A DNA stretch of 64,000 bases from Candidatus Binatia bacterium (GTDB lineage Bacteria > Desulfobacterota > Binatia > UBA9968). The position numbers and the translations under genes were made by a program. The DNA is taken from assembly GCA_036004365.1 (NCBI GenBank), contig DASYRN010000030.1, forward strand, positions 705 to 64,704. Reading direction: 5' to 3'. The notes beneath the pieces are model-generated. The model saw only the letters and a program-made list of their open reading frames with translations, made no database searches and had not been told where the DNA came from. Shown piece after piece: positions 46,893-56,387 of this stretch (positions within the stretch are counted from its first letter, which is position 1; every line of letters begins with the position of its first letter).

Positions 46893-48937
46893 GCGATCCG
46901 TCACTCGGTCTGATGATGCTGGGGCTCATCGTGATCGCGATCATGATGGGCTTCCCGACCGCGTTCACCTTGATGGGCCTCGGGATGATCTTCGGCTACC
47001 TTGCCTTCTGGTACCCGGGCCAGCACTGGTACGACAACCGGATCTTCGACCTGATCGTGCAAAGGACCTACGGGGTGATGACCAACGACACCCTGCTGTC
47101 GGTTCCGCTGTTCGTCTTCATGGGTTACATCATGGAGCGGGCGGCGCTCGTTGACAGGATGTTCCACAGCGTGCAGCTAGCGTTCCGCCGGGTGCCCGCG
47201 TCGCTTGCCGTGACGACGCTCCTGGTGTGCGCGTTCTGGGGCATTGCCTCCGGCATCGTCGGCGCCGTCGTGGTCCTCATGGGCGTGATCGCGTTGCGTC
47301 CGATGCTGAACGCCGGCTACGACGTGCGGCTCGCCTCAGGGGCAATCACTGCGGGCGGCACGCTCGGCATCCTCATCCCGCCCTCGGTGATGCTGATCGT
47401 CTACGCGGCCGTGGCCGGACAGTCGATCGTGAAGCTCTACGCGGCGGCGATGATCCCGGGGTTCTTTCTGACATTCCTCTATCTCGTCTACATCCTCGGC
47501 TGGGCAATCATAAATCCAAAAATCGCGCCGAAGTTGCCGGCGGACAAGTACCGCCTCGTGGTGCCGGAATGGATTCAGCAACTCGAGCGCGGCCGGGCCA
47601 AGCGGGTGGTCGGCGGCCTCATCGCCACCCTGTTCCGACCCGGGCTGCTGCGCGGCGCGACGGCGCCAGACGGCCGCCCGGCAGGCTACGGCCTCATCCT
47701 CAAGAATGTGTTGGCGCTCATGGTGCCGCTGGCGCTGACGGTCGGCACGTTCGGCACAGCCTGGTGGTACGTCGTCATCTACAACGCGCCGACAGCGACG
47801 ACTGCGCTGGCCGGGCCCCCAGCGGAGACTGTCACGGCGCCACCAGCCACAGCACCTACCCCTACCCAGTCCGAGGCGCTTCAAGAGGAGAAACCCCAGG
47901 AACTTGGGGAGGCGGAGTCCGAGGTGCAGAGTACCGAGGCCCCGCGGGCGGCGGACGTGCCGCCCGAGGAGATGGGTTCCGTAACTGAGTCGGGCGTGTC
48001 GGGAGCGAGCAAGGTCCCCGCGCACTTCTACCAGTGGTTCTGGGGATTGGCTACGTTCTCTACGCTTCTGCTCGCGATCTACTATTGGCGCATGGACGGC
48101 GAACAGTTCGAGATCTTGAAGGAGCTGTCGGCGTCGGTGGTGCCGCTTGGGGTGCTCACCGTTGTGGTGCTCGCGGTGATCCTGTTCGGGATCACGACTG
48201 CGACAGAGTCGGCGGCAGTGGGGGCCCTTGGCGCGCTCTATCTGGCGGTCATGGCCAAGTACCCGCGTCAGGTCGGGTGGTGGAGTCTCGCCGGCGTGGT
48301 CGTCGGCGTCGTGCTCGGTTGGGCGCACGCGGATTTTGTGGAGCTGCTTGTGTCGGGATCGCTCGGGGGCACGTTCTTGGGCACGGTCGTGCCGGGGCTC
48401 TGGAACCTCAGGACCTCGCCGGAGCTGCGCGAGAACATGAAGCAATCGGTCTTCCTCACCGCGAAAACGACGGCCATGGTGTGCTGGCTCTTCGTGGGCT
48501 CGGCGCTCTTCTCCGCCGTGTTTGCGCTGCACGGCGGCCAGGGACTGGTCGAGCGGTGGGTGCTCGGCATGAACCTGTCGCCGCTCGGGTTCCAATTCGT
48601 GGCGCAGATGATTATTTTCCTGCTGGGCTGGCCGCTCGAGTGGACCGAGATCATCGTGATCTTTTGCCCCATCTTCATTCCGTTGTTGAGCCACTTTCAA
48701 ATAGACCCGATACTGTTCGGCACTATGGTGGCGGTGAATCTCCAGGCGGCCTTCCTGTCGCCGCCAGTGGCGATGTCGGCGTTCTACTTGAAGGGCGTGG
48801 CCCCGAAGCACGTCACGCTCAACCAGATCTTTGCCGGCATGATGCCGTACATGATCATCGTCTGTATCTGCCTCGCGTTCATGTACATATGGCCCGGCAT
48901 GACGCTCTGGTTGCCGGAGTTCCTCTACGGTGGTTAG
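46889..48937 (+). CDS. dctM: TRAP transporter large permease (DctM) with an about 130-aa low-complexity insertion (Ala/Pro/Thr/Glu-rich)
   Basis: GTG start overlapping the dctQ stop (GTGA). The typical DctM N- and C-halves are separated by a low-complexity insert (APTATTALAGPPAETVTAPPATAPTPTQ...). Confidence 0.7.
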   Translation: MSDPSLGLMMLGLIVIAIMMGFPTAFTLMGLGMIFGYLAFWYPGQHWYDNRIFDLIVQRTYGVMTNDTLLSVPLFVFMGYIMERAALVDRMFHSVQLAFRRVPASLAVTTLLVCAFWGIASGIVGAVVVLMGVIALRPMLNAGYDVRLASGAITAGGTLGILIPPSVMLIVYAAVAGQSIVKLYAAAMIPGFFLTFLYLVYILGWAIINPKIAPKLPADKYRLVVPEWIQQLERGRAKRVVGGLIATLFRPGLLRGATAPDGRPAGYGLILKNVLALMVPLALTVGTFGTAWWYVVIYNAPTATTALAGPPAETVTAPPATAPTPTQSEALQEEKPQELGEAESEVQSTEAPRAADVPPEEMGSVTESGVSGASKVPAHFYQWFWGLATFSTLLLAIYYWRMDGEQFEILKELSASVVPLGVLTVVVLAVILFGITTATESAAVGALGALYLAVMAKYPRQVGWWSLAGVVVGVVLGWAHADFVELLVSGSLGGTFLGTVVPGLWNLRTSPELRENMKQSVFLTAKTTAMVCWLFVGSALFSAVFALHGGQGLVERWVLGMNLSPLGFQFVAQMIIFLLGWPLEWTEIIVIFCPIFIPLLSHFQIDPILFGTMVAVNLQAAFLSPPVAMSAFYLKGVAPKHVTLNQIFAGMMPYMIIVCICLAFMYIWPGMTLWLPEFLYGG

Positions 48938-48939
48938 TG

Positions 48940-49059
48940 CCGTGGCGAGAAGTGTCGCATCGCTGCGTTCTCGGTCGTCGGGCATCCTCAACGTACTAAC
49001 CACGTACGCTTCCGGTGCCCTCCTCTCTCGGGCCTTGCGCTGCTCGCTTCTCGCCACGG
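48940..49059 (+). repeat. Copy 1 of an about 120-bp repeated element with 13-bp terminal inverted repeats (CCGTGGCGAGAAG ... CTTCTCGCCACGG)
   Basis: Near-identical (about 85-90 %) to 50609..50729. Lies directly after the dctM stop. Confidence 0.7.
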
Positions 49060-49261
49060 CAAATGGCTGGACTTGGCGGAAGTCACACTTCGAATTGTAG
49101 AGACATATGTGGCCTTTTGTTTTGCACGTCATTCCCATGAAAGCGGGAATCCGGAGTCTCTCTCATACCTGGACTCCCGGCTTCAGCCTTAGGCTGATCC
49201 GTCCGAAGCCCTGTGGCGGATCCGCGGGAGTGACTATCTCTCTCTCCACCTACAGGAAACA

Positions 49262-50605
49262 GTGATGGACTTGACAAATCTTCACATGCTCTCTGCGTCG
49301 GACGCGGCGCGTCTGATCCGTGACGGCGCCATCAGCTCTGAGCAGTTGGTTGAAGCGTGCTTGGCGCGGGTGCGCGAGATGGACGAGCAAGTGCAGGCCT
49401 GGGCGTTTCTTGATCCGGATCACGCCTTAACACAAGCGCGCGCGGCCGATGAGTTACGCCTCTCCGGACGACCTATCGGTCTGCTGCATGGCGTACCCGT
49501 CGGTATCAAGGACATCTTCGACACCGCCGACATGCCGACCGAGAACGGTTCCGTGCTCCACCTGGGGCGCACGCCCTCCCGTGACGCAACCGTGGTCGCA
49601 ATGTTACGCGGCGCCGGCGCAGTGATTATGGGTAAGACTGTAACGACGGAATTTGCTTACTTCGGGCCCGGCAAGACGCGCAACCCGCACAACCCCGAGC
49701 ACACGCCGGGCGGTTCTTCAAGCGGCTCGGCCGCGGCCGTGGCCGCCGGCATGGTTTCGCTCGCACTCGGCAGCCAGACGAACGGCTCGGTCATTCGCCC
49801 GGCGGCGTTTTGCGGCGTTCTCGGTTTCAAACCAACCTACGGACTGATTCCGCGTTATGGAATACTCACCCTATCCCGGACGCTCGATCACGTTGGACTG
49901 TTCGCGCGCACGGTCGAGGACATCGCGTTGCTGGCGGAGCAACTCGTCGGGTACGACGAGCACGATCCCGACACGCGGCCGCGCGCGCGCATCCCATTCG
50001 TCGAGGTGGCGGCCGAAGAGCCGCCGCTGCCGCCGATGTTCGCGTTCATGAAGACGCCGTACTGGGAGAGCGCAGACGAGGAGACGAAAGAAGGGTTCGC
50101 GGAGCTCATCGAGCAGTTGGGCGATCGTGTCGAGGAGATTGAGCTCTTCCCATCGGCGGCTGAGGCGTGGGAGTGGCATCGCATAATTATGGAAGCCGAG
50201 ATGGCGGCGAATCTCGAGCCGGAGTGGGAACGGGGCCGCGACCGGTTGTCAGAATCGCTGCGGGCGCAGATCGAACGCGGCCGAAAAGTGAGCGCGCTCG
50301 ATTACCAGCGCGCGGTCGCCCAGATTCGACCGATTCACGAGAGTTTTTTAGAGCTGTTCGAGCAGCGCTATGACGCGATCCTGACCCCGGCCGCTCCGGG
50401 CACCGCGCCCAAGGGTCTTGCCTCGACTGGGGACCCCTCATTCTGCACCTTGTGGACGCTTTGTGGAATGCCGGCCATAAGCCTGCCGCTTCTGCAAAGC
50501 GTGAGCGGTCTGCCGCTCGGCGTTCAGCTCATCGGCCCGCGCGATGGCGATGCGCGCCTTCTGCGCACCGCGCGATGGTTGGCCGCCCAGGTCGCGACCG
50601 GCTGA
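49262..50605 (+). CDS. Amidase (amidase-signature family, GatA-like)
   Basis: GGSSSGSAAAVAAG signature with a Ser-cisSer-Lys triad context. Confidence 0.85.
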   Translation: MMDLTNLHMLSASDAARLIRDGAISSEQLVEACLARVREMDEQVQAWAFLDPDHALTQARAADELRLSGRPIGLLHGVPVGIKDIFDTADMPTENGSVLHLGRTPSRDATVVAMLRGAGAVIMGKTVTTEFAYFGPGKTRNPHNPEHTPGGSSSGSAAAVAAGMVSLALGSQTNGSVIRPAAFCGVLGFKPTYGLIPRYGILTLSRTLDHVGLFARTVEDIALLAEQLVGYDEHDPDTRPRARIPFVEVAAEEPPLPPMFAFMKTPYWESADEETKEGFAELIEQLGDRVEEIELFPSAAEAWEWHRIIMEAEMAANLEPEWERGRDRLSESLRAQIERGRKVSALDYQRAVAQIRPIHESFLELFEQRYDAILTPAAPGTAPKGLASTGDPSFCTLWTLCGMPAISLPLLQSVSGLPLGVQLIGPRDGDARLLRTARWLAAQVATG

Positions 50606-50608
50606 CCG

Positions 50609-50729
50609 CCGGCGCGATAAGCGGCGCATCCCTGCGTTCTCGGTCGTCGGGCATCCTCAGCGTAGCAACCACGTACGCTTCCGGCGCCCTCCTCACTCGG
50701 GCCTTGGGCTGCTTGCTTCTCGCGCCGGC
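50609..50729 (+). repeat. Copy 2 of the about 120-bp element (terminal inverted repeats CCGGCGCGATAAG ... CTTCTCGCGCCGG)
   Basis: Same orientation as copy 1. Lies directly after the amidase stop. Confidence 0.7.
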
Positions 50730-50917
50730 GAATCCCCGCTTTGACCGGCGATATACGTTGCCTAACTTCGTTTATCGCCCTTCGCTCTCCCTGCGGCGTA
50801 ACATCTCAAGTACGCCTCATTCGGCTCGGGGCTCGCGCCTCGTTGTGCTCGTTTCTTGGCCCGGCACTTTCCTGGGCGGGGGAGTGGCGCCAGATTGACC
50901 GTCCGGAATAATTTTAG

Positions 50918-51559
50918 CTAATATCTTACTTCCTTCACTGTAGGGGATTTGAGGAGTTTTTCTAGTAGGGGGTTGTGCCGAGCTTTTCTCCCCGAAAGTG
51001 TTATCTCGTAGAAATAACGGTTATCGGACTTCACTTGCTTACTGCTTAGTACTTTTAATTCGCATGAATCGAGTGCGAGGCCCAATTCTCTGACCGCTTC
51101 ATCTTCGGTCGACAATATCACATGGTAGGTCCTGGTAGTGTGGAATCGGTCTACTAGATTCTCGAATTTCCGGAATAAAAAGAGAATAGTCAAGGCCAGG
51201 GCAGTTCCTATAGCACTTATTCCATAATAGCCAGCCCCGATCCCCATCCCTATGGAAGCGACAAACCAAATTGTGGCGGCTGTCGTAAGTCCCAGAACAG
51301 CCTCTCCACGTCGTATGATAGCTCCTGCACCTAAAAAGCCTATGCCCGATACAATTTGCGCGGCAATGCGCGATGAGTCAGTTCCAGGAATAGTTCCAAT
51401 CTTTAAGGAGAAGATGGTGAAAAGCGTTGAGCCAACACAGATCAGCGTATTTGTCCTGAAACCTGCTGGCTTATCATAGAGCTCCCTCTCCCACCCTATG
51501 ATCCCTCCCAAAAGAAGAGCGAATAAAAGCTTAACTAGATCGTCTGCGTCTACCAGCAT
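50918..51559 (-). CDS. mgtC: MgtC/SapB-family protein
   Basis: GWERE motif (GGIIGWERELYDKPAGFRT) plus a C-terminal ACT-like domain. Confidence 0.8.
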   Translation of the reverse strand: MLVDADDLVKLLFALLLGGIIGWERELYDKPAGFRTNTLICVGSTLFTIFSLKIGTIPGTDSSRIAAQIVSGIGFLGAGAIIRRGEAVLGLTTAATIWFVASIGMGIGAGYYGISAIGTALALTILFLFRKFENLVDRFHTTRTYHVILSTEDEAVRELGLALDSCELKVLSSKQVKSDNRYFYEITLSGRKARHNPLLEKLLKSPTVKEVRY

Positions 51560-51735
51560 GGTTTTTAATAATACAAGATTCTCGAATCCGGGTAAAAACC
51601 GTATGTCGAACCGGCTTTATGATCAAAACTGCTTCCGTCAAAATTGGATCCGGCCACAGGGTGGAGATCCGCGTGCTCTATCTTCTTGTCTTCCGCTTAG
51701 CCTCCCCTTTTGATTATCCTGTCTTCGTTTATAGG

Positions 51736-52650
51736 CTATTGCCGTTTCATTTGTCCAGAAGGAAACTCTTGTTGAAGGCGCCTGGCTTGAACCCGCTCGA
51801 TGAAGTTCTTCAAGACGGCAAAATAGGGGTCGCCTCCGACGATATAGGTATCGTTATGATGTGCGCCGCGAATCGTATAAAACTCTTTGGGCTCGGGAGC
51901 TGCCTCAAAGACCTTCCCGCCCTGAGAAAAGGGGACGACTTCATCCTGGTCGCCGTGGAGAACAAGGAGCGGGACATTGATTTTCTTGACCTTCTCAATT
52001 GTGTCATAGCGGGTGCGGAGAAAAGATCCGATTGGGAGAAGCGGGAAAGCTGCCCGGGCCATCTCCCTAACAGACACGAAGGGAGACTCCAGAATAAGAG
52101 CCAGGCACTCTTCGCGTGTAGCTAACTCGGCTGCCACGGCTGCGCCCAAGGAGCGGCCGAAGAGAACGATCTTTTTGGAATCGATATCGCTTCTAGAGCG
52201 CAGGTACCGAAGTGCCGCTTCCGCGTCTCTGTAAGTTCCTTCCTCGGAGATTCTCCCCTCACTCCGACCATAGCCTCGGTAGTCGAAAATGAAGATGTTC
52301 AGGCCCACTTTTTCGTGCAGGAGCTTGATGTTCTCTACTCGGTGGCTAATATTGCCCGCGTTGCCGTGAGACCAGAGCATCGTGATGGTCGAGGCCTGTG
52401 ACGGGACAAACCAACCGTTCAGCCGGACTCCATCGCTGGTAAAAAAAAAGATATCTTCGAATGGAAGCCCGACCTGCCTTGGAGTTATCTCAATCCTAGA
52501 AGCGGGATAAAAGATAAATCTTTCCTCTATTAAACATCCCCAGAAGAATAACGGGCCGAGCGCCGCCAGAATAGATCCGGCTTTAGTCATCGTTAGGGTC
52601 GCAAGAGGGGGAAATTTAAGGACGGAAATTGTTCGCTTCGATTCTGACAC
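51736..52650 (-). CDS. Alpha/beta-fold hydrolase
   Basis: GRSLG nucleophile elbow. HGDQDEVV and a C-terminal His. Confidence 0.7.
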   Translation of the reverse strand: MSESKRTISVLKFPPLATLTMTKAGSILAALGPLFFWGCLIEERFIFYPASRIEITPRQVGLPFEDIFFFTSDGVRLNGWFVPSQASTITMLWSHGNAGNISHRVENIKLLHEKVGLNIFIFDYRGYGRSEGRISEEGTYRDAEAALRYLRSRSDIDSKKIVLFGRSLGAAVAAELATREECLALILESPFVSVREMARAAFPLLPIGSFLRTRYDTIEKVKKINVPLLVLHGDQDEVVPFSQGGKVFEAAPEPKEFYTIRGAHHNDTYIVGGDPYFAVLKNFIERVQARRLQQEFPSGQMKRQ

Positions 52651-53175
52651 TCAGTGTTTGTGTTCTTCTCGCAGCTTCCACTCCAGGCCGTCGATGATGC
52701 ATTCGACGCTGGCCTGAAGAATGTCTTCGGCGACACCGACGGTTCCCCATCTTTCCCGGCCGTCGGAAAATATTCCCAGCACGCGAACCGGCCCGCCCGC
52801 CCCTTTTTCTTCTTCGTCCATAACCGGCTCCCCGTGGTGCAACAAGCGAACATCGAATTCTTCCAAACGCACTTCGGAGAGCTGAGGATAGTGTTTTTCC
52901 AAGACCTTGCGCATCGCATTGTCGACAGCATGGACGGGCCCTCGACCGCTTGCTGCCACCAGCTCCTCTTCTCCGAAGATCTCGATCAAGACGGATGCCT
53001 CGGTCGTGTTTGCTACTTCCATGGCTTGGAAGTCCACTTGATCGTCGATCCTGCACTTGAGGACCTTGAAGGGCTTCAGATAGTCTTCCCTCTTCCGGAT
53101 TGCAGCGAGCTCGAAAGAGGCCCATGCGCCATCCAAGCGGAAGAAATCCTCTCTGAGGTCTCTTGCCATAGACAC
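52651..53175 (-). CDS. Stand-alone LeuA allosteric/dimerisation-domain-like protein
   Basis: GRGPVHAVDNAMRKVL ... WGTVGVAEDILQASVECIIDGL resembles the C-terminal regulatory domain of 2-isopropylmalate/citramalate synthases. Confidence 0.4.
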   Translation of the reverse strand: MSMARDLREDFFRLDGAWASFELAAIRKREDYLKPFKVLKCRIDDQVDFQAMEVANTTEASVLIEIFGEEELVAASGRGPVHAVDNAMRKVLEKHYPQLSEVRLEEFDVRLLHHGEPVMDEEEKGAGGPVRVLGIFSDGRERWGTVGVAEDILQASVECIIDGLEWKLREEHKH

Positions 53176-53335
53176 CCCCTTTTATTTTAAAGGGCGCGCA
53201 CCTGCTAAGAGTATAAAGCGTGCCCATTATATCTCCGTCCCATAAAATGGCTAGAGGAAAAGCCCTGCTTCAGGGAGCCTGAACCTGCGAGGATTCTTTT
53301 CAAGAACCCCTAAGTTTGGTAATATTGACGTTGTT

Positions 53336-53905
53336 ATGGAAAAAAGGACTTTGAGCGACCAATTACAGGCTTTCTTCTACAACTTAACCTGCCAAAGCTT
53401 CTGGCAACTTGGCATCAATGATGCCACGGTAGCGCGCTATGTCGCGGATGTTTTGGCTGATTTCGCCCGCACGGACAGGCTCTATCGGATTCGGTCTCGT
53501 GCCGGGAAAAAGCTCGACAATGTCGTGGAAATCTTGGCGGAGACGCGACCTGAAACCATGAGGGAAAACCGCTTGCTTCAGGAAAGAGCGCTGCGGAAAT
53601 ACCTTGGGGATTATGCCCTATTTATGAGCGGTATCTTTCGCTCCTATGTCGAGGGCAAGGGCTTTCTCGATTACTATCTCCGGGAAGGGAGTCGCTCTTA
53701 CTGGACTGTCTCTGAGCTTGATCTGTCTCTGTACCGCACGGGGTTTATTCTCTTTCAAGACCTCTCAAAGAAGTTTGAATACTATTCGGGAGCTCTCGAC
53801 TATATGCGCAAGGCCTACTTTGTCCCAGATCCCGGAGAGGATCCCTTTGCGGGCTTCTTAAAGAAGATCGAAGGCTGGGTCAAAGTCAATCTGGTCGAAA
53901 ACTAA
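53336..53905 (+). CDS. Hypothetical protein
   Basis: 189-aa ORF with coding-like composition and no recognisable motif. Confidence 0.35.
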   Translation: MEKRTLSDQLQAFFYNLTCQSFWQLGINDATVARYVADVLADFARTDRLYRIRSRAGKKLDNVVEILAETRPETMRENRLLQERALRKYLGDYALFMSGIFRSYVEGKGFLDYYLREGSRSYWTVSELDLSLYRTGFILFQDLSKKFEYYSGALDYMRKAYFVPDPGEDPFAGFLKKIEGWVKVNLVEN

Positions 53906-53945
53906 TCTGACTCGTCGCTTATTCCCCCCTCGGAATCTCGGGAGC

Positions 53946-54965
53946 ATGGAAGCCGTGAAATATTTTGTTCTCACGCTTCTCTTTCTCTTGCTTTCGTCGT
54001 TGCTTCTTTTCGGCTTTGTCCTGGTTTTCATCTTTTCTCCTCAGCAACAAAAACCGCAAAGCGTCGAGGTAAAAGTAGAACGAGGCGAGCCCTTCTCTTC
54101 CGTCGTGCGGAACCTGAAGGATCGCGGGGTGATCCAAAACGAAAGACTTTTCTCACTTTGGGCCCGTCTTTGGGCCACTGACAGGCAGATTCACTGGGGT
54201 CTTTATCGCTTCGAACTCCCCCTGTCTCTTCAGGAGATCCTGGACCAGATGCGGTTGGGTAGAGGGGTCTTTTATCGCGTGACGATTCGCGAGGGGTTGA
54301 CCCTAAAAGAGATCGCCGATCTCCTCGAAAAGGAAGGGGTTGCCAAGAGGGACCAATTCCTCAAGGACGCCTCGGATCCCGGGCTTCTCAGTCACGCCGG
54401 ACTTGCGGCTGACGGATTCGAGGGGTACCTGTTTCCGGATACCTACTATTTCACGCCCTTTGTCACGGAGAGAGAGATTCTGGTGACGATGACGACGCAG
54501 TTCCGCCGCGCGTTTACGTCGGAAATGAGACTTAGAGCGCGCGAGATAGGGCTCAATCTCCACGAGGTCGTAACCTTGGCCTCCTTGATTGAAAAGGAGG
54601 CCGGCGTCGACGAGGAGCGTCCTTTGGTCTCTGCAGTTTTTCATAATCGGTTGAAGAAGAAGATGCTCCTGCAGAGCGATCCCACCGTGATCTATGGCTT
54701 GAAGAACTTCTCCGGTGACTTGACCCGCAAGGATCTTCAAAACCGCAACCCCTACAACACCTACCGCATCCTAGGACTTCCGCCTGCGCCGATTTGCAGC
54801 CCGAGTTTCGCTTCGCTTATGGCGGCGCTCTATCCCGCGCCTGTGCCCTATCTCTATTTTGTGTCGAAAAACGACGGCACCCATCTTTTCTCAGTGAATT
54901 TCAACGAGCACGACCGGGCGGTCAAAGCCTACCAGAGTAAAAGGCGACCTCTGGCCAAGCCATAG
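53946..54965 (+). CDS. mltG: Endolytic murein transglycosylase MltG (YceG-like)
   Basis: N-terminal TM segment. YceG motifs (GYLFPDTYYF ... SIIEKEAG). Confidence 0.8.
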   Translation: MEAVKYFVLTLLFLLLSSLLLFGFVLVFIFSPQQQKPQSVEVKVERGEPFSSVVRNLKDRGVIQNERLFSLWARLWATDRQIHWGLYRFELPLSLQEILDQMRLGRGVFYRVTIREGLTLKEIADLLEKEGVAKRDQFLKDASDPGLLSHAGLAADGFEGYLFPDTYYFTPFVTEREILVTMTTQFRRAFTSEMRLRAREIGLNLHEVVTLASLIEKEAGVDEERPLVSAVFHNRLKKKMLLQSDPTVIYGLKNFSGDLTRKDLQNRNPYNTYRILGLPPAPICSPSFASLMAALYPAPVPYLYFVSKNDGTHLFSVNFNEHDRAVKAYQSKRRPLAKP

Positions 54966-55015
54966 AAGTTCGGGGTGCTGTTAGGGTTTGATTCCGGACG
55001 TGTTATAAAGGAAAG

Positions 55016-56377
55016 ATGGAAGTGCAGGCATCGGCAAGAGAGATGGGGCCTCCTGAGCTATTTGTGGATCGTTTATCTCTCCGGCTCAGGCGGCAGGCTT
55101 TTTGGGATCGTTTTCTTGTCCTTTTTCCTCCTCTTTCAGTCCTTTCCTATCTGTCATTCTATCTTGGTCGAGCTGCTTGGTTCGGCCAAGAGGCTCTCTT
55201 CTTTTCAGGAATCGCTCTGGCCGGTATTGCTTTAATTCTCATGGGTTTGCGATTTTTCTTTGGGAAACCCAAAGCCTCCCTTGCGGCGCGGTTCATTGAC
55301 GAGAAAGTAGCCGCCGAGGAACGCTTTCTTACATTGACGACTCTGAGTCCCGCCCATTCTCCTGGTCCCCTGGTGGCCCGGCTGCGGCAAGAAGCGGCAG
55401 CGTTCTTGGATCGCATCGATCTAAGACGAGACTTTCCCTATCGAGTGAAACGCTCCTTCGTTGCTTCGCTGATCGCTTCTTTGGCCGTGATCCTGTTGTT
55501 TCATCTGATTTTACTGGTCGGGGCTTGGTTTGCCCCTCCGATCGCGCCGACGAAAGAGCTGCTCCTATTAAGCGAAAAGTTGGCCCAGGTGCCGCACCTC
55601 TCTTCCTTAGCTCGGGACATTCAGAGCTTAATAAACAAATTTGAAAATGAAAAACTGTCCGGTGGGGAGAAGCAATCGCTGATCCAAGAGCTGCAGGAAA
55701 AAATAGAGAATCAACTCAAAGTTGAGCCTCAGGAGGACCAAAGTCAGAAGGATCTTCTGAATCAAGCGGGGAATGCGCTCAAAAACTTGGAGCAGGGCGA
55801 AAAGCAAAAGCAGGAGCAGCAGGAAGGAGGGGGGGGAATCACGACCAATCTTCCGGACGAGGGTGAGGGCCAGAAAGAAAAGCAGAGCAAAGGAGGGGGC
55901 GAGGAGGAGCCCCGCGATCCCAGTCTCGCACAGAGCTCAGATGCTAAGGGCGGGCAGAGCGCCCAGGGAGAGACAAAGGAACCGGGCGACGCGCAGAGAG
56001 AAGGGGGAAAGGGTCAAAAGACAGACGATAAGCTTAGAGACGAGAAACAGAAAGGTAAAGATTCAGACATGGCAAAGTCTGAACATGAGGGGAAAGGGAA
56101 TGTGAACGAAGAAATTCCCCAAGGGCCTCCTCCCGCGGATCGCTTCCTGAAACCAGGGGAGCAGGGAGAGGGGGGTGTTAAGGGTGCTCGTTTTGTGACC
56201 GTCGAGCTGCCGGAAGCGGAGGCCGAGAGAGCGTCAGGCGCAGGCGGTTCCGCAAAAAGAAAACCGGTTCAGCCCAAGCTTCCGGTCAGCAACGTTCCTC
56301 TGCGCCAGCCGGATTCGCCAGAGGCCTCGGCTGAGAAGCAGCCTTTGCCTTTGGAATACCGTGGGTTGATTCGTTAG
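55016..56377 (+). CDS. Membrane protein with long K/E/G/Q-rich low-complexity region (DUF4175-like, as found in Bat/MoxR operons)
   Basis: Three TM helices near the N-terminus, then a charged low-complexity domain. Immediately precedes moxR. Confidence 0.4.
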   Translation: MEVQASAREMGPPELFVDRLSLRLRRQAFWDRFLVLFPPLSVLSYLSFYLGRAAWFGQEALFFSGIALAGIALILMGLRFFFGKPKASLAARFIDEKVAAEERFLTLTTLSPAHSPGPLVARLRQEAAAFLDRIDLRRDFPYRVKRSFVASLIASLAVILLFHLILLVGAWFAPPIAPTKELLLLSEKLAQVPHLSSLARDIQSLINKFENEKLSGGEKQSLIQELQEKIENQLKVEPQEDQSQKDLLNQAGNALKNLEQGEKQKQEQQEGGGGITTNLPDEGEGQKEKQSKGGGEEEPRDPSLAQSSDAKGGQSAQGETKEPGDAQREGGKGQKTDDKLRDEKQKGKDSDMAKSEHEGKGNVNEEIPQGPPPADRFLKPGEQGEGGVKGARFVTVELPEAEAERASGAGGSAKRKPVQPKLPVSNVPLRQPDSPEASAEKQPLPLEYRGLIR

Positions 56378-56387
56378 GCGGAAGGTC

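Noticed and set aside
47336-49138. 600-aa minus-strand ORF, plus other long ORFs at 45192..46019(-), 47227..47988(+), 48034..48999(+), 49810..50142(+)
   Set aside because: Arg/His/Gly-rich low-complexity translations antisense or out of frame relative to dctP/dctM/amidase. Expected artefacts of very GC-rich coding DNA.
48936-50780. Integron gene-cassette / attC interpretation of the repeats flanking the amidase
   Set aside because: The elements follow stop codons like attC sites, and a GCCTAAC inverse-core-like heptamer occurs at about 50763. However, the elements do not end in a GTTRRRY core, and no intI or attI is nearby. Kept as a generic repeat.
51560-51735. Mg2+ (M-box) riboswitch in the mgtC leader
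   Set aside because: Inspected the 176-nt leader on the minus strand. None of the conserved M-box blocks were recognisable.
53400-53415. Second sigma-54-like element TGGCATCAATGATGC
   Set aside because: Correct GG/GC spacing but the -12 box reads ATGC, not TTGC. It also lies inside a coding region.
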